From assembly GCA_051117555.1 (NCBI GenBank), contig JBNPEG010000108.1, forward strand, positions 1 to 31,506: a stretch of DNA of 31,506 bases, written 5' to 3'. Within the stretch, counting starts at the first letter, position 1. Every line of letters starts with the position of its first letter. This DNA comes from Elainellaceae cyanobacterium (lineage in GTDB: Bacteria > Cyanobacteriota > Cyanobacteriia > CAZCXK01). The notes beneath the pieces were generated by a model, which was not told where the DNA came from, ran no database searches, and saw nothing but the letters and a program-made list of their open reading frames with translations. This document shows, one piece after another, positions 18,003 to 30,148 of the stretch. The position numbers and the translations under genes are program-made.

Positions 18003-18264
18003 AGTTGAGTGGCAGTGCCTGGAACCTGAGTAGAAGATCAGTGGAATCTTCTAAATCTTCGAAGAATCATCGAATTGAAACTAATTTGAACGGAACGGTA
18101 TGGGTGGGTTCTCCGAGTCTTCCAAAAAAATCCTGTCTGTTGTGATCCCTGCTGTTCAAGCTCTAGGCAAATGTTAGCCCCGCTTCGTTTACGAATTCCT
18201 ATTTGCGAATTGCTCAAAAATGTCCCCAAACCTGGTAGATTTGAGCGAGTATCAGGAAAGATGA

Positions 18265-19458
<1,194 letters not shown>

Positions 19459-19471
19459 TGCGAGAGATTGG

Positions 19472-19530
19472 CAAAATAGGGATCGAGAGGGGTTCTTAGC
19501 CCCCTAATTTACCTCCTCATCCCTATTTTG
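19472..19530 (+). other. Intergenic stem-loop between sqdB and sqdX
   Basis: CAAAATAGGGAT (19472-19483) pairs perfectly with ATCCCTATTTTG (19519-19530), enclosing an inner AGGGG/CCCCT hairpin. Confidence 0.65.
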
Positions 19531-19600
19531 GGCTGTTTGGTGTATTTTCTTTGTTCATCATTTATTAATTCCCCATTCCGCTTTCCGTGCGCTGCTAGTT

Positions 19601-20734
19601 ATGAAAATTGCCCTATTCACAGAAACGTTCCTGCCTAAAGTTGATGGCATCGTAACCCGCCTGAGCCATACTGTTGATCACCTCCAGAGGCTGGGCCATC
19701 AGGTACTTGTGATATCCCCAGATGGTGGGCTTACAGACTATCGAGGCGCAAAAATTTATGGAGTCCCTGGTTTTCCGCTACCGCTCTACCCTGAGCTAAA
19801 GCTTGCCCTACCTCGCCCCTCGATTCGGCAAGCCCTCGAAGACTTCAAGCCTGACTTGGTTCACATCGTGAATCCGGCGGTGCTCGGGTTGGGAGGGCTG
19901 TATTATGCCAAAACATTAGACGTGCCGCTGGTCGCCTCCTATCACACTCATCTTCCGAAGTATCTGGAGCACTACGGCTTGGGTATGTTGGAGGGAATGC
20001 TTTGGGAACTGTTGAAGGCGATGCATAACCAGGCTGAGCTCAATCTCTGCACGTCTACTGCCATGCAGGATGCTCTCATCGAGCACGGAATTGAGCGGGT
20101 GGAAGTTTGGCAGCGTGGAGTTGATACCGAGTTATTTCGCCCTGAGTTGGTCAGTCAAGACGTGCGATCGCATCTTACCCAAGGCAACCCTGACAGTCCG
20201 CTGCTTCTCTATGTAGGGCGACTCTCAGCTGAGAAGGAGGTCGATCGCATCAAGCCCGTTCTAAACGCGATCCCCGGTGCTCGACTAGCGCTCGTCGGTG
20301 ACGGGCCATACCGTCAGGAACTAGAGCAGCATTTTGCTGATACGCCAACCTTCTTTGTTGGATATCTAACAGGCAAAGACTTAGCAGCAGCCTTTGCGTC
20401 GGCGGATGCGTTTGTTTTCCCTTCTCGCACTGAAACGCTGGGGCTCGTCCTGCTCGAAGCGATGGCAGCCGGATGTCCGGTTGTTGCTGCAAATTCGGGC
20501 GGCATTCCCGACATTGTTCAAGACGGCATCAATGGCTACCTGTTTGATCCCACTGATGAAAACGGGGCGATCGTTGCAACCCAACGATTATTTGCTCAAA
20601 AGGCAGAGCGGGAGTTGCTGCGTCAAAATGCTCGCTTAGAGGCAGAACGATGGGGCTGGGCTGCCGCGACTCACCAACTGCAAACGTATTATCACTCTAT
20701 TCTCAAATCAATGCCGCTTCCCTCCGCTGCTTAG
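19601..20734 (+). CDS. sqdX: Sulfoquinovosyldiacylglycerol synthase (GT4 glycosyltransferase)
   Basis: MKIALFTETFLPKVDGIVTRL, ASYHTHLPKYL, LLYVGRLSAEK, FPSRTETLGLVLLEAMAAG; directly follows sqdB. Confidence 0.95.
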   Translation: MKIALFTETFLPKVDGIVTRLSHTVDHLQRLGHQVLVISPDGGLTDYRGAKIYGVPGFPLPLYPELKLALPRPSIRQALEDFKPDLVHIVNPAVLGLGGLYYAKTLDVPLVASYHTHLPKYLEHYGLGMLEGMLWELLKAMHNQAELNLCTSTAMQDALIEHGIERVEVWQRGVDTELFRPELVSQDVRSHLTQGNPDSPLLLYVGRLSAEKEVDRIKPVLNAIPGARLALVGDGPYRQELEQHFADTPTFFVGYLTGKDLAAAFASADAFVFPSRTETLGLVLLEAMAAGCPVVAANSGGIPDIVQDGINGYLFDPTDENGAIVATQRLFAQKAERELLRQNARLEAERWGWAAATHQLQTYYHSILKSMPLPSAA

Positions 20735-20774
20735 GAACTCGTTCGTAAATCAGCAACCCCTAGAAAAAAACTCT

Positions 20775-20802
20775 GTAAGGACAAACGGACAGTTGACCTT
20801 AC
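20775..20802. repeat. Degenerate REP-like palindrome
   Basis: GTAAGGACAAACGGACAGTTGACCTTAC: GTAAGG/CCTTAC arms with a decayed inner stem, 40 nt after the sqdX stop. Confidence 0.45.
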
Positions 20803-21169
20803 CCAATTTTCAGGACATCATTTAAACGCGATATCTCCTTCGCAACTATTGCTCTTTCGAGACGCTTCATTGCCACGGTGACGCGCTGTTCACTCTGTTG
20901 AGTTTGAGCATGGGGATTGATTGGTCTACAATCTGTCGCCTCAATCAGGTTTAGATTTGGGTATGCTATAGCTAGTCGTTAGGATTTTCACTTTTTTTGC
21001 GCTATCCGTGATGTGTCAGACAGATTGACCCGCTTTATCTCGTCCAGCTTTTATTTCGCCCTTGACTAGATTTGTTTAGACAAAAGCCCTGCTGTCGCCG
21101 AGCGTATTGCCTGTAACATCGATATGCTTAGCTTCGATCTTAAGCTTTCATTGTGCTCCTACGCGATCT

Positions 21170-23878
21170 ATGTCAGCCTCCCCCCCAAATTTACCCAACC
21201 CAACCCCCAAAGATACCGCTTCTTCTATTGATTCTGAATCAATTAAGGTCGAAGTCACTAAAGGCGATGTGTCCATCGGGTCTGTCGTCGTCGACGTATC
21301 CTCAACAGTTGAGCATAGTTCTGGTGAGGAAAACAGCCCAGCACGCGTTTCAGCATGGCATTTATCGAAACCTACTCCCGAAGTCAGCGCTTTGACAACC
21401 ACGCGCGGGAGCTTTGAGGCATTTCTGGCACCCCTCAAAAAAGACACCTTCAAGCAAGTGGTGAACGATGTCGAGCAACGTCTGAAGGTCGTTAATCAGA
21501 CCCTTTCAATGCTCGATTCGATTCTAGACAGCCAGGGGTTTGATGCCATTCTCAATGAAATGCTGCGATCGATTACTCTCAAGACGGGAGAATTGCTGAA
21601 CGCCGATCGCACGACTATTTATTTACTCGACGAAGACAAAAATGAGCTGTGGTCAATTGTTGCCAAAGACGAAAAGGGTAATAATTTAGAATTCCGATTT
21701 CCTGCTACTCAGGGGATCGCAGGCGAATCAGCAACCTTCAAGAAGGTCGTTAAGATTCCATTTGATTTTTATGATGATCCCCGTGCAGAGTTTGCCAAAC
21801 AAACGGATCAGGAAACGGGATATCGAACTTACACCATGCTGGTTTTGCCGTTGCTAAGCGATACCGGTGATTTGGTTGCGGTCGTTCAGTTGATTAACAA
21901 GCTCCAACACGATTCGAATCCTCAGGCTGACCTAGTCGACAAGATTGATTTAAATGGCTTCACGGATCAAGATGAGCACATCTTTGAAGAGTTTGCGCCG
22001 TCGATTCGGCTGATCTTGGAATCATCTCGTTCGTTCTATAAAGCGACTCAGCAGCAGCGGGCAGCATCGGCGTTGATGAAGGCTACCACAGCGCTCAGCC
22101 AAAGCAGTTTGGATTTGGAAGAGACGCTCAAACGAGTGATGGATGAAGCCAAAGAGCTGATGCAAGCAGATCGCAGCACCTTGTGGTTAGTGGATGATGA
22201 GCATGGTGAGCTTTGGACAAAAGTTCCAATTAATGGCGTTCTGCAAGAGCTTCGCATTTCCAAACATGCTGGATTTGCAGGACACGTTGCGACAACCGGT
22301 GAACCGCTGATCATTCCGTTTGACCTGTACGAGCATCCGAATGCGGACACTGCTAAGGAAACAGATCAGAAGACCCAATATCGCACGTGCAGTATGCTCT
22401 GTATGCCGGTCTTCAATGCAGACGGTGAGCTCATCGGTGTGACCCAACTGATCAATAAAAAGCGTAAGGGCGACTATGCGCTCTATGATCCACGCCATTG
22501 GCCTCGTGCGCCAGACTGCTGGAAGGCGAGCTTTAATCGCAATGACCAAGAGTTTATGCAGGCGTTTAACATTCAAGCCGGGGTCGCCCTGCAAAACGCC
22601 AAGCTGTTTGCTAAAGTTAAGCAGCAAGAGCAAATGCAGCGGGATATCTTGCGATCGCTCTCAAATTCAGTATTTTCAACCGATCATGAGGGGCGGGTCA
22701 TTGCCGTCAACAAGAGTGCTAAGCGGCTGCTGGGGTTCCAAGACAACGAAGCACTTGAGGGACTCATGGTTACGGATCTGATTAGGATTCAAGAGGGAGA
22801 CTTTTCTGCCTGGTTTGATCGGGCTCTGAGGCCGACTGACGATAAAGATCGAGAACAATATTATCCCGATCGCACGCTGGTGTCTGGCAAGTCAGACCAG
22901 CACAGTGTTCATCTCTCTATCAATTCGATTACCGATGTTGAAGAGCCAAGCCATGTCTACGGCGCACTAGTGGTTATGGAGGACATCAGTGGCGAAAAGC
23001 GACTTAAGAGCACGATGTATCGCTACATGAGCCAAGAGGTCGCTGAGCAGTTGTTGCAGTCGGGAGATGTCAAACTCGGGGGCGATCGCAAAGAAGTATC
23101 CGTATTATTTTCCGATATTCGCAGCTTTACCACCATTGCTGAGAGTATGGATGCTGAAGAACTCGTCAGCATGCTCAATGAATATTTTGAGGCGATGGTT
23201 GACTCGGTCTTGTCTCATAAGGGCATTCTAGACAAATATATCGGCGATGCGATTATGGCCGTCTTCGGCGCTCCGCTTGCTCTCCAAGACCATGCTTGGA
23301 AAGCCGTGCAAACTGGAATCGAGATGCGGCATCGGCTGATTGACTTTAATGCAAAGCAGCTTTTGCAAAAGAAGCCGCCCATCAGTATTGGCATTGGTAT
23401 CAACTCAGGGTCGGTAATCAGCGGCAACATTGGCGCAAGCAAGCGCATGGACTTTACCGCGATTGGCGATGGCGTCAATTTGGGAGCCCGTTTAGAAGGG
23501 GCAACCAAGCAGTACGGATGCGATATCGTCATTAGCGAAACGACCTACCAACCCTGCGCCGACAGAATTTGGGCACGAGAACTCGATCGCATTCGAGTCA
23601 AAGGAAAAAGCAATCCCGTTGGCATTTATGAAGTGGTCGAACTTTACTCCAATCCGCTGTCTGATAACCAAAAGCGCACGATCGAGCTCTATCGACGTGG
23701 ACGGGAATTTTATCTCCAGCGGAAGTTTACCAAAGCTCTCGCAGAATTTGGCACGATCTTAGAAGAAATCAATAATAGCGATCGCGCCGCTGCTGTTCAG
23801 CTTGAACGCTGTAACTATTGGCTGCAAAATCCACCTCCCGACGATTGGGATGGGGTCTGGTCATTGAAAGAAAAATAA
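21170..23878 (+). CDS. cyaB: Class III adenylate cyclase, GAF-GAF-PAS-cyclase (CyaB-type)
   Basis: Two GAF domains (ADRTTIYLLD...QLINK...FTDQDE; ADRSTLWLVD...QLINK...FNRNDQ), a PAS segment, and catalytic motifs VLFSDIRSFT, DKYIGDAIMA, DFTAIGDGVNLGARLE (Lys/Asp indicate ATP specificity). ATG 21170 preferred over TTG 21107. Confidence 0.93.
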   Translation: MSASPPNLPNPTPKDTASSIDSESIKVEVTKGDVSIGSVVVDVSSTVEHSSGEENSPARVSAWHLSKPTPEVSALTTTRGSFEAFLAPLKKDTFKQVVNDVEQRLKVVNQTLSMLDSILDSQGFDAILNEMLRSITLKTGELLNADRTTIYLLDEDKNELWSIVAKDEKGNNLEFRFPATQGIAGESATFKKVVKIPFDFYDDPRAEFAKQTDQETGYRTYTMLVLPLLSDTGDLVAVVQLINKLQHDSNPQADLVDKIDLNGFTDQDEHIFEEFAPSIRLILESSRSFYKATQQQRAASALMKATTALSQSSLDLEETLKRVMDEAKELMQADRSTLWLVDDEHGELWTKVPINGVLQELRISKHAGFAGHVATTGEPLIIPFDLYEHPNADTAKETDQKTQYRTCSMLCMPVFNADGELIGVTQLINKKRKGDYALYDPRHWPRAPDCWKASFNRNDQEFMQAFNIQAGVALQNAKLFAKVKQQEQMQRDILRSLSNSVFSTDHEGRVIAVNKSAKRLLGFQDNEALEGLMVTDLIRIQEGDFSAWFDRALRPTDDKDREQYYPDRTLVSGKSDQHSVHLSINSITDVEEPSHVYGALVVMEDISGEKRLKSTMYRYMSQEVAEQLLQSGDVKLGGDRKEVSVLFSDIRSFTTIAESMDAEELVSMLNEYFEAMVDSVLSHKGILDKYIGDAIMAVFGAPLALQDHAWKAVQTGIEMRHRLIDFNAKQLLQKKPPISIGIGINSGSVISGNIGASKRMDFTAIGDGVNLGARLEGATKQYGCDIVISETTYQPCADRIWARELDRIRVKGKSNPVGIYEVVELYSNPLSDNQKRTIELYRRGREFYLQRKFTKALAEFGTILEEINNSDRAAAVQLERCNYWLQNPPPDDWDGVWSLKEK

Positions 23879-24063
23879 GGCGATATGCGAGGAGAATAGC
23901 GGCTAGCGGCCAGTTTATTTCTTTGTAGAGATTACAGGCGATTGCCTATGTGACTAAGCTGTGATCAAAGAGTTTCAGAAGTTATAGCCATGTGCAATTG
24001 CGTCAAGTACCGCTACAAGCAATTTGCTTTTTTGCATGGAGATACGAACTGAAGAAATAGGTC

Positions 24064-24558
24064 ATGCTTAAAGTCTCTAACTTTGTTGATGTCAATGCCA
24101 CTCGCGAAGACGCGTGGGATTTGCTATCCGATTTTGAGGGGGTTTGGGAAAACTCAAACCCGGCTCACCGAGGAACAAAAGTCTTGTCTGAGCCTAAACG
24201 TCCGCTAAGGGATGGGTTGCGATGGTGGCAGCGGGAGAAGGTCGGTCTCGTCCAAGGCGAGTTTGTTGCAACTCTGCACGATGTGGTTCCAGAGCGGGAG
24301 TTTTCTTGGACGGCGATCGCCAATTATCGACTATTAGGCATCTCGTTCACTGTTGATGAAGGCGGGCGCTTCGTCATCGAGGAGCGTAATCACGGCATCG
24401 CACTCCGGCATGATTTGTGGGGTAAGTTTAGAGAAACCCTCAAAGGCCAAATTCTGAGATGGATAGCGGTGCATCTCCTGCAAGAACGGCAGGCAATGGC
24501 CAGTCATAACCTGATTGAACTCCGTTACTTTAAGGATTGCCTAGAACATCCAGCCTGA
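24064..24558 (+). CDS. SRPBCC (START/polyketide cyclase-like) family protein
   Basis: N-terminal VDVNATREDAWDLLSDFE..W pattern, VVPEREFSW, and a C-terminal helix ending LRYFKDCLE; 164 aa. Confidence 0.7.
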   Translation: MLKVSNFVDVNATREDAWDLLSDFEGVWENSNPAHRGTKVLSEPKRPLRDGLRWWQREKVGLVQGEFVATLHDVVPEREFSWTAIANYRLLGISFTVDEGGRFVIEERNHGIALRHDLWGKFRETLKGQILRWIAVHLLQERQAMASHNLIELRYFKDCLEHPA

Positions 24559-24940
24559 CTGGTTATCGACAACAGGGAATGCCGGGGCTGCGATCCCCCT
24601 TTGCTTGGAATCTTGTATGCATTTGCGACAGCCGTTGACATCCAGTGAGACATCTGCCGGACGCTGCACCGTCCAGCCATTTCCTGAGTCAACATCAGCA
24701 AAAATTAACCAATTGGCAGAAGAATTTGAGCCTGACGGATAAGAAGATGGGATGGAGCAGACATAATAGCTACGCTCAATGATGTATAACGGGATTAATA
24801 GGACTACAACCTCGGGCAGTCAAATCAACAGCCTCCAGCTAGAATTGACTGAAGAAGCAAATACTTCATGTTTCTCATCTTAGACGGCATATTCTGCCTT
24901 CCTGTACCGAATCTCTTTACTATCATGTGATAGTACCTCT

Positions 24941-25894
24941 ATGAGTCGTGAACCCCAGTCTGTGTCTAACAACTTCGAAGAGCATCCTAATCCTAGTGCT
25001 GATCGCTCAAAGCACTCATGGTCTGATCAGCTTGAACAAGACACTCAAGCCCCTGCAGAGGCCAATTCAACTGAACTGACATCAGCTGAGTCTGCCGAAC
25101 CGATCGATGCAGAATCCAATCATAGTGACAAGGCTGATACTGAGGTTACATCGCTCGTCACGCCTCAAGCAAATACAGTCGACGACTCCGACGCAGAGGG
25201 CCCTCCCGAAACTCGGGTTGCTGACACAGAATCAGTGTCGCCTCCAGCCCAATCCACCGACGAGCCATCCGAACCCGACAAATCTGAAAAACAAGTCGAA
25301 AAGCAGGCTGAAAACCCTTGGATTGAAGGACTTCAAGTTGTTGGCTTGAGTGCCATTCTCGCGCTCGGGATTCGTCATTTTGTTGCTGAGGCACGCTACA
25401 TCCCGTCTGAGTCCATGTTACCGACGCTTGAAGTTAACGATCGCCTTATTGTAGAGAAAATCACCTATCGGTTTGAAGACCCTCAACGAGGCGATATCAT
25501 TGTCTTCTGGCCCACCGATCGCCTCAAAGAAGAAAACCCCAGCTTACGGGATGCCTTCATCAAACGTATCGTTGGCTTACCCGGAGAAACCATAGAAGTT
25601 CGGGGCGGGCGAGTTTACGTCAACGGGCAGCCCATCCGAGAAAACTACATTTTTGATGAACCCGAATATCGCTGGGGACCTGAAACCGTTCCTGAAAACT
25701 CTTATCTAGTGCTGGGCGATAACCGCAACAACAGCTACGATAGCCATTTTTGGGGGTTTGTCCCGCGCGAAAATATCATCGGGCGAGCGGCAGTCCGGTT
25801 TTGGCCCCCAGATCGGATTGGCGATCTCAATAAAGATACTCGATTCTATTTCGAAGGCGAGTCACCTCAAGAGGGTGAGCAGAGCAGCGAATAA
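24941..25894 (+). CDS. lepB: Signal peptidase I with long acidic N-terminal extension
   Basis: [14 protein letters not shown] (catalytic Ser), [12 protein letters not shown] (catalytic Lys), [16 protein letters not shown]; single TM before the catalytic domain. Confidence 0.95.
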   Translation: MSREPQSVSNNFEEHPNPSADRSKHSWSDQLEQDTQAPAEANSTELTSAESAEPIDAESNHSDKADTEVTSLVTPQANTVDDSDAEGPPETRVADTESVSPPAQSTDEPSEPDKSEKQVEKQAENPWIEGLQVVGLSAILALGIRHFVAEARYIPSESMLPTLEVNDRLIVEKITYRFEDPQRGDIIVFWPTDRLKEENPSLRDAFIKRIVGLPGETIEVRGGRVYVNGQPIRENYIFDEPEYRWGPETVPENSYLVLGDNRNNSYDSHFWGFVPRENIIGRAAVRFWPPDRIGDLNKDTRFYFEGESPQEGEQSSE

Positions 25895-26283
25895 CTTATA
25901 CCGTCAAAGGTTGTTTGAGCGTGTTAAGTGTCATACATACATGAGTGCGATCGCCTGCTGATTTCGCAAATTATTCGTGATCCTGTGCTAAGGCGCTGCT
26001 CTAGCGTAGTCGTTGCTAAGGAACTATAGCAGCTTCGGAATGACTAATGCGTGAAAATATTTCCTGAGTCGAATCAAGACAAATCCGTCTGATAAAAGAT
26101 TTATGTTGAATTATGTGCTGAAGTCCCCCTTGTGGACGATGTCAGACGGGCATCGACTTGAAAGGATAGTAGACCGAGAGGCACCAGATTAAGAACACTC
26201 GACAGCGTAGTTCCGACAAGCGCAGTAATCGATCTAATCTGACGTGTGAATAGTAGTAAGCTTTCGTAGTCAGGAGGTTAAGC

Positions 26284-27957
26284 ATGACGGCAAATGATTG
26301 GTGGCGACATGCTGTCATTTACCAGGTATATCCTCGCAGCTTTATGGATAGCAGCGGCGATGGTATTGGTGATTTGCGAGGAATTATCCAAAAGCTTGAC
26401 TATATTGCCTCCCTGGGAGTGGACGCTGTCTGGGTTTCGCCCTTTTTCAAGTCGCCGATGAAAGACTTTGGCTACGATATTTCAGATTATCGAGCCGTCG
26501 AACCCATGTTTGGCACCCTAGAGGACTTTAAGGAACTGCTAGACAAGGCTCATCAGCGGGGTCTAAAGGTTTTAATCGACCAGGTTTGGAACCATACTTC
26601 AAATCAGCATCCGTGGTTCTTAGAAAGTCGTAGTAGTCACGATAATCCGAAGGCTGACTGGTATGTGTGGGCTGATTCAAAACCAGACGGCACTCCTCCA
26701 ACTAATTGGCTCGCAACGTTTGGTGGCAGCGCATGGACGTGGGACGACCAGCGTCAACAATATTACCTCCATAATTTTTTGTCAGAACAGCCTGATCTCA
26801 ACTGGTACAACCCACAGGTTGTCGAAGCAATTTTAGATGTGGCCCGATTCTGGCTTGACATGGGCATTGACGGGTTTCGTCTTGATGTGGTGAATTTTTT
26901 CACGCATGATCGCCAGTTGCGAGATAATCCGACGCGTCCTACCGATCAGGATCGGCCTGCGGGTGCCGACCCCAACGACCCATTCTTTTCTCAAATCAAT
27001 CTCTATAATTTCTGTCAACCTGAAACCTTACACATCATTGAACGGATTCGTCAATTGGTGGACGAATATCCCGGCAGAACGACTCTCGCAGAAATCAGTT
27101 CAGCCGAGGATGCTGTTTTAACCTCGAGCCAGTATGTGCAGCCAGGGCGGTTGCACATGGCATACAATTCATCGCTGATGAGCGATCAGCCGTTGACGTG
27201 CGAGTTGCTTTACGACATCATTCGGCGGGTGAAGAAGCACGTTCAGGATGGTGTCATCTGCTGGACGGGAGGAACTCACGATTTTCCGCGACTCAAAACT
27301 CGATGGCGAAAATTCTTGACCGATGACTACTTTACCCAGGAAGCGTTTGATCATATGTTTGCGGCATTTTTGCTGTCGTTGAAGGGCAGCTGCTGCATCT
27401 ATCAAGGTGATGAAATTGGCATGACACAAGCCCATGTGCCCTACGAGAAAATGCAAGACCCATTTGGGCTAGCCGGGTATCCGTCCATTTTGGGACGAGA
27501 CGGGTCACGCACCCCCATGCCTTGGGAAAAAGATACACCCAATGCTGGCTTTACGACTGCCCATGAGCCGTGGCTTCCCATTCCAGACGAGCATGTTGTC
27601 CATGCGGTCGATCAGCAAGAGCACAATCCATATTCGCTTCTGAATAAGTATCGTCGCTTGATCTCCTGGCGTAAACAACAGCCTGCGCTCTTGTGGGGAG
27701 ATATCAATTTGCTCAATACCGAGGAGCCAATATTGGGTATTGAGCGCATTTGCGATGAGCAGCATCTCATCTGTTTATTCAATCTCAGCCCCATGCCTAT
27801 CCACCAAGATCTCTCAGCATTCCCTGATTGTGCGGAGGCTGATGAGGCTGATTTTGTTAATCGACATTACGATCATGTTATCGAGATTCCAGGATATGGC
27901 GTGTTCTTTGGGGTCGTACAGCCAATTGCGTCTACGGTGCAAGGTCAGCACCGCTAA
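26284..27957 (+). CDS. GH13 alpha-glucosidase
   Basis: [52 protein letters not shown] (nucleophile), LAEI (acid/base), [30 protein letters not shown]. Confidence 0.93.
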   Translation: MTANDWWRHAVIYQVYPRSFMDSSGDGIGDLRGIIQKLDYIASLGVDAVWVSPFFKSPMKDFGYDISDYRAVEPMFGTLEDFKELLDKAHQRGLKVLIDQVWNHTSNQHPWFLESRSSHDNPKADWYVWADSKPDGTPPTNWLATFGGSAWTWDDQRQQYYLHNFLSEQPDLNWYNPQVVEAILDVARFWLDMGIDGFRLDVVNFFTHDRQLRDNPTRPTDQDRPAGADPNDPFFSQINLYNFCQPETLHIIERIRQLVDEYPGRTTLAEISSAEDAVLTSSQYVQPGRLHMAYNSSLMSDQPLTCELLYDIIRRVKKHVQDGVICWTGGTHDFPRLKTRWRKFLTDDYFTQEAFDHMFAAFLLSLKGSCCIYQGDEIGMTQAHVPYEKMQDPFGLAGYPSILGRDGSRTPMPWEKDTPNAGFTTAHEPWLPIPDEHVVHAVDQQEHNPYSLLNKYRRLISWRKQQPALLWGDINLLNTEEPILGIERICDEQHLICLFNLSPMPIHQDLSAFPDCAEADEADFVNRHYDHVIEIPGYGVFFGVVQPIASTVQGQHR

Positions 27958-29360
27958 AGATACCACGCGATCATATCGGGGTCTTCGTCGAAGCTAAATA
28001 TATTCAAACGTTCAGGATTTTCCATAAGGGCTTTAGAGAGTAGGAGTCCGGCGATTGTCCAGGTTTGGTATTTTCGTGATGCCTTACCGACGAGTCGACC
28101 GTTGCGCCCGTCGTAATATTCGGGCCACTCGTCCTCGCTCAGTCGCTGTTCTGCAATGGCGATCGCCCGTTCTGCAATCTCTCGTCGGCCCGTTTTTAGC
28201 GCAACGGACACTAAAGGCCATAACAACACCGGCCAGTTTCCAGCATTGTGATAGGACCAGGGCACGTTTTTCGGATCGCACCCCGTGAGAATTTTCCATT
28301 CTTCTCCTTCAATCGCTGGAAACAGAATCTTCATAGGCATATAGCCGATCAAATCCTGCCAGCGTTGCTCGATCAAATCCATGATTAATTGTGATTCTTT
28401 TTCACTGGCTAACGAGCAAATGATCGCCATCAGATTTCCAAGGGTATAAAATCGAAAATCAATTTTAGCGGGGCCTAGATTGCCCGCTAAGTACCCCCCT
28501 CGCTGGGGCATCCACTCGGTGAGCCAAAACGGAATGGAATCAGGATAAATATTGAATTTATTAATTGCTTGAATGCCAAATTCTTCGCCTTTATAGCGAT
28601 AAATGTCATTGAGTCGTTTGAGGTCGAGCCAATAATATTCGCGAATATGAAAATTAAGCATGCTCAGGCGATGGTTGATCACCTGAAGATAAACCTCTCG
28701 TTTTTTACAGCCCGGATTTAGCAATTCGCGTGCGGCTCGCAAGGCTCCATAAAACAATGCCTGAATTTCAAGCGGATGCCCTGTTACCCCCATACGACGG
28801 TCGATCATAAACGACCCATCCGGCACTAGCAGCGTGGGATACATATCAAAACGGTCAGCAAGACAAAGCTTAAGGATGAGCAAAATGCCGTCTTGAAAAT
28901 CGGGGCGATGGGCTAATGCCATGTCGCCGGTTGTTTTCACGTAGGCACGCAACAAAATCAGCCACCACAGGCACGAATCAACAGGAGTTACTCGACCAAT
29001 CGCATGTTCACCAAAGTCAGCCGTCAGGTATTGATGATCGTCCCAGGATTCAACCTTGAAGCTGGCTGGCATCAAGCCCTGTCCAGCGTTGAACAAATCC
29101 ATTTGCTTGTCACTGCTTTGGAATGCGAGCGTCTCGACTAAGAAATTGCGAACAATGTCGGGTTCGCCGCTCACCAAGAAATATAGTGCTGAAGAAACGA
29201 AGTCTCGAACAAAACATTGATCATAGTTCAGAGCTTCGACCTCGAGATCGCGAGCCCCCACCGTGCCCACCGGTTGACCTTTAAAGTAAACGGTGGCCTC
29301 TTTTAAGAGACGTTGAGCTTCTTCAATCAACCCGCCTTTTGCGCCTATCGTTGCTGTCAT
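27954..29360 (-). CDS. Alkaline/neutral invertase (GH100)
   Basis: [84 protein letters not shown]. Confidence 0.96.
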   Translation of the reverse strand: MTATIGAKGGLIEEAQRLLKEATVYFKGQPVGTVGARDLEVEALNYDQCFVRDFVSSALYFLVSGEPDIVRNFLVETLAFQSSDKQMDLFNAGQGLMPASFKVESWDDHQYLTADFGEHAIGRVTPVDSCLWWLILLRAYVKTTGDMALAHRPDFQDGILLILKLCLADRFDMYPTLLVPDGSFMIDRRMGVTGHPLEIQALFYGALRAARELLNPGCKKREVYLQVINHRLSMLNFHIREYYWLDLKRLNDIYRYKGEEFGIQAINKFNIYPDSIPFWLTEWMPQRGGYLAGNLGPAKIDFRFYTLGNLMAIICSLASEKESQLIMDLIEQRWQDLIGYMPMKILFPAIEGEEWKILTGCDPKNVPWSYHNAGNWPVLLWPLVSVALKTGRREIAERAIAIAEQRLSEDEWPEYYDGRNGRLVGKASRKYQTWTIAGLLLSKALMENPERLNIFSFDEDPDMIAWYL

Positions 29361-29562
29361 AGTCCTGCTGCTTTTGAGTCTTGCAAACGTGAGTCAATAC
29401 TAAATTGGAAATGTCAAATTAGAGAGGGGATGTTGCGATCGCCCTCCCAATGGGAAAATTCCTACTGACAATGACGGTCTAGTTCTGACGAAAAAACCCC
29501 AGAATAGCCCCATAATCAGCCTCAATCTATATGGAATGCGTGAGCCCTACAGACTCAGATTT

Positions 29563-29622
29563 GTGTGGTGAATCCGCGCGGGTTCACCACACGTTCAGCG
29601 TCCTAACGCAAGAGCGTAAGGC
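29563..29622 (-). repeat. 29-nt dispersed repeat, copy 2, with adjacent strong hairpin
   Basis: 29594-29622 TTCAGCGTCCTAACGCAAGAGCGTAAGGC matches copy 1 inverted (26/29). It abuts the hairpin GTGTGGTGAATCC-GCGC-GGGTTCACCACAC (29563-29592). Confidence 0.8.
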
Positions 29623-30148
29623 AATAGTTCACAGTTTCGATGGCATAAACCGACGACTTAGCAATCTATCAAGCTATCGATTGCTCTAACCCGCTGCCAA
29701 TCGAGCGATCGCCACGGTAAACTATCATGCCTACTAATGCCCCAAATAGAGTTGAGACGGATTGATAGTCAGCAGTGAATCAACAAAGAAAAAAAAGTGA
29801 AGAATTCTGATCTTGAAATGCGAATCGCACTGTCGAGGTTTGGAATCTTAATCTGATTAGATGCACACCTGAAGCCTTAAAATCTGCCGACGTCGGCACG
29901 AAAATGGATGAGCATTAATCATCCAATTGTCTTACCAACGTCGACATCAAACCTCAACGTCAAGAAACAGTAACTCTGTCACTACGATTGAATATACTGA
30001 TGCCTCAATCAGAATCTGACATTTTCACGCGATGAATTTCCAGTGTTTTCCACAAGCTTCATCAAAATTTCACTGAGATTCCCCTAAAAGGCAGATTCGA
30101 CGGCAGTTTGACGGATTCCCAAGTAATTGAGTTCCAACTAAGAATGGT

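Noticed and set aside
21008..21023. CRP-like site CGTGA-N6-AGACA upstream of cyaB
   Set aside because: Three mismatches to TGTGA-N6-TCACA; likely chance.
24559..24940. Short minus-strand ORFs between SRPBCC and lepB
   Set aside because: About 55 aa, overlapping the SRPBCC 3' end, with no RBS or recognisable motif.
26123..30096. Shared ATCnnCC-N4/5-GGnnGAT-like palindromes upstream of the GH13 gene (26123-26140) and invertase (30078-30096)
   Set aside because: Spacer lengths differ and both are degenerate; two instances are not enough to claim a motif.
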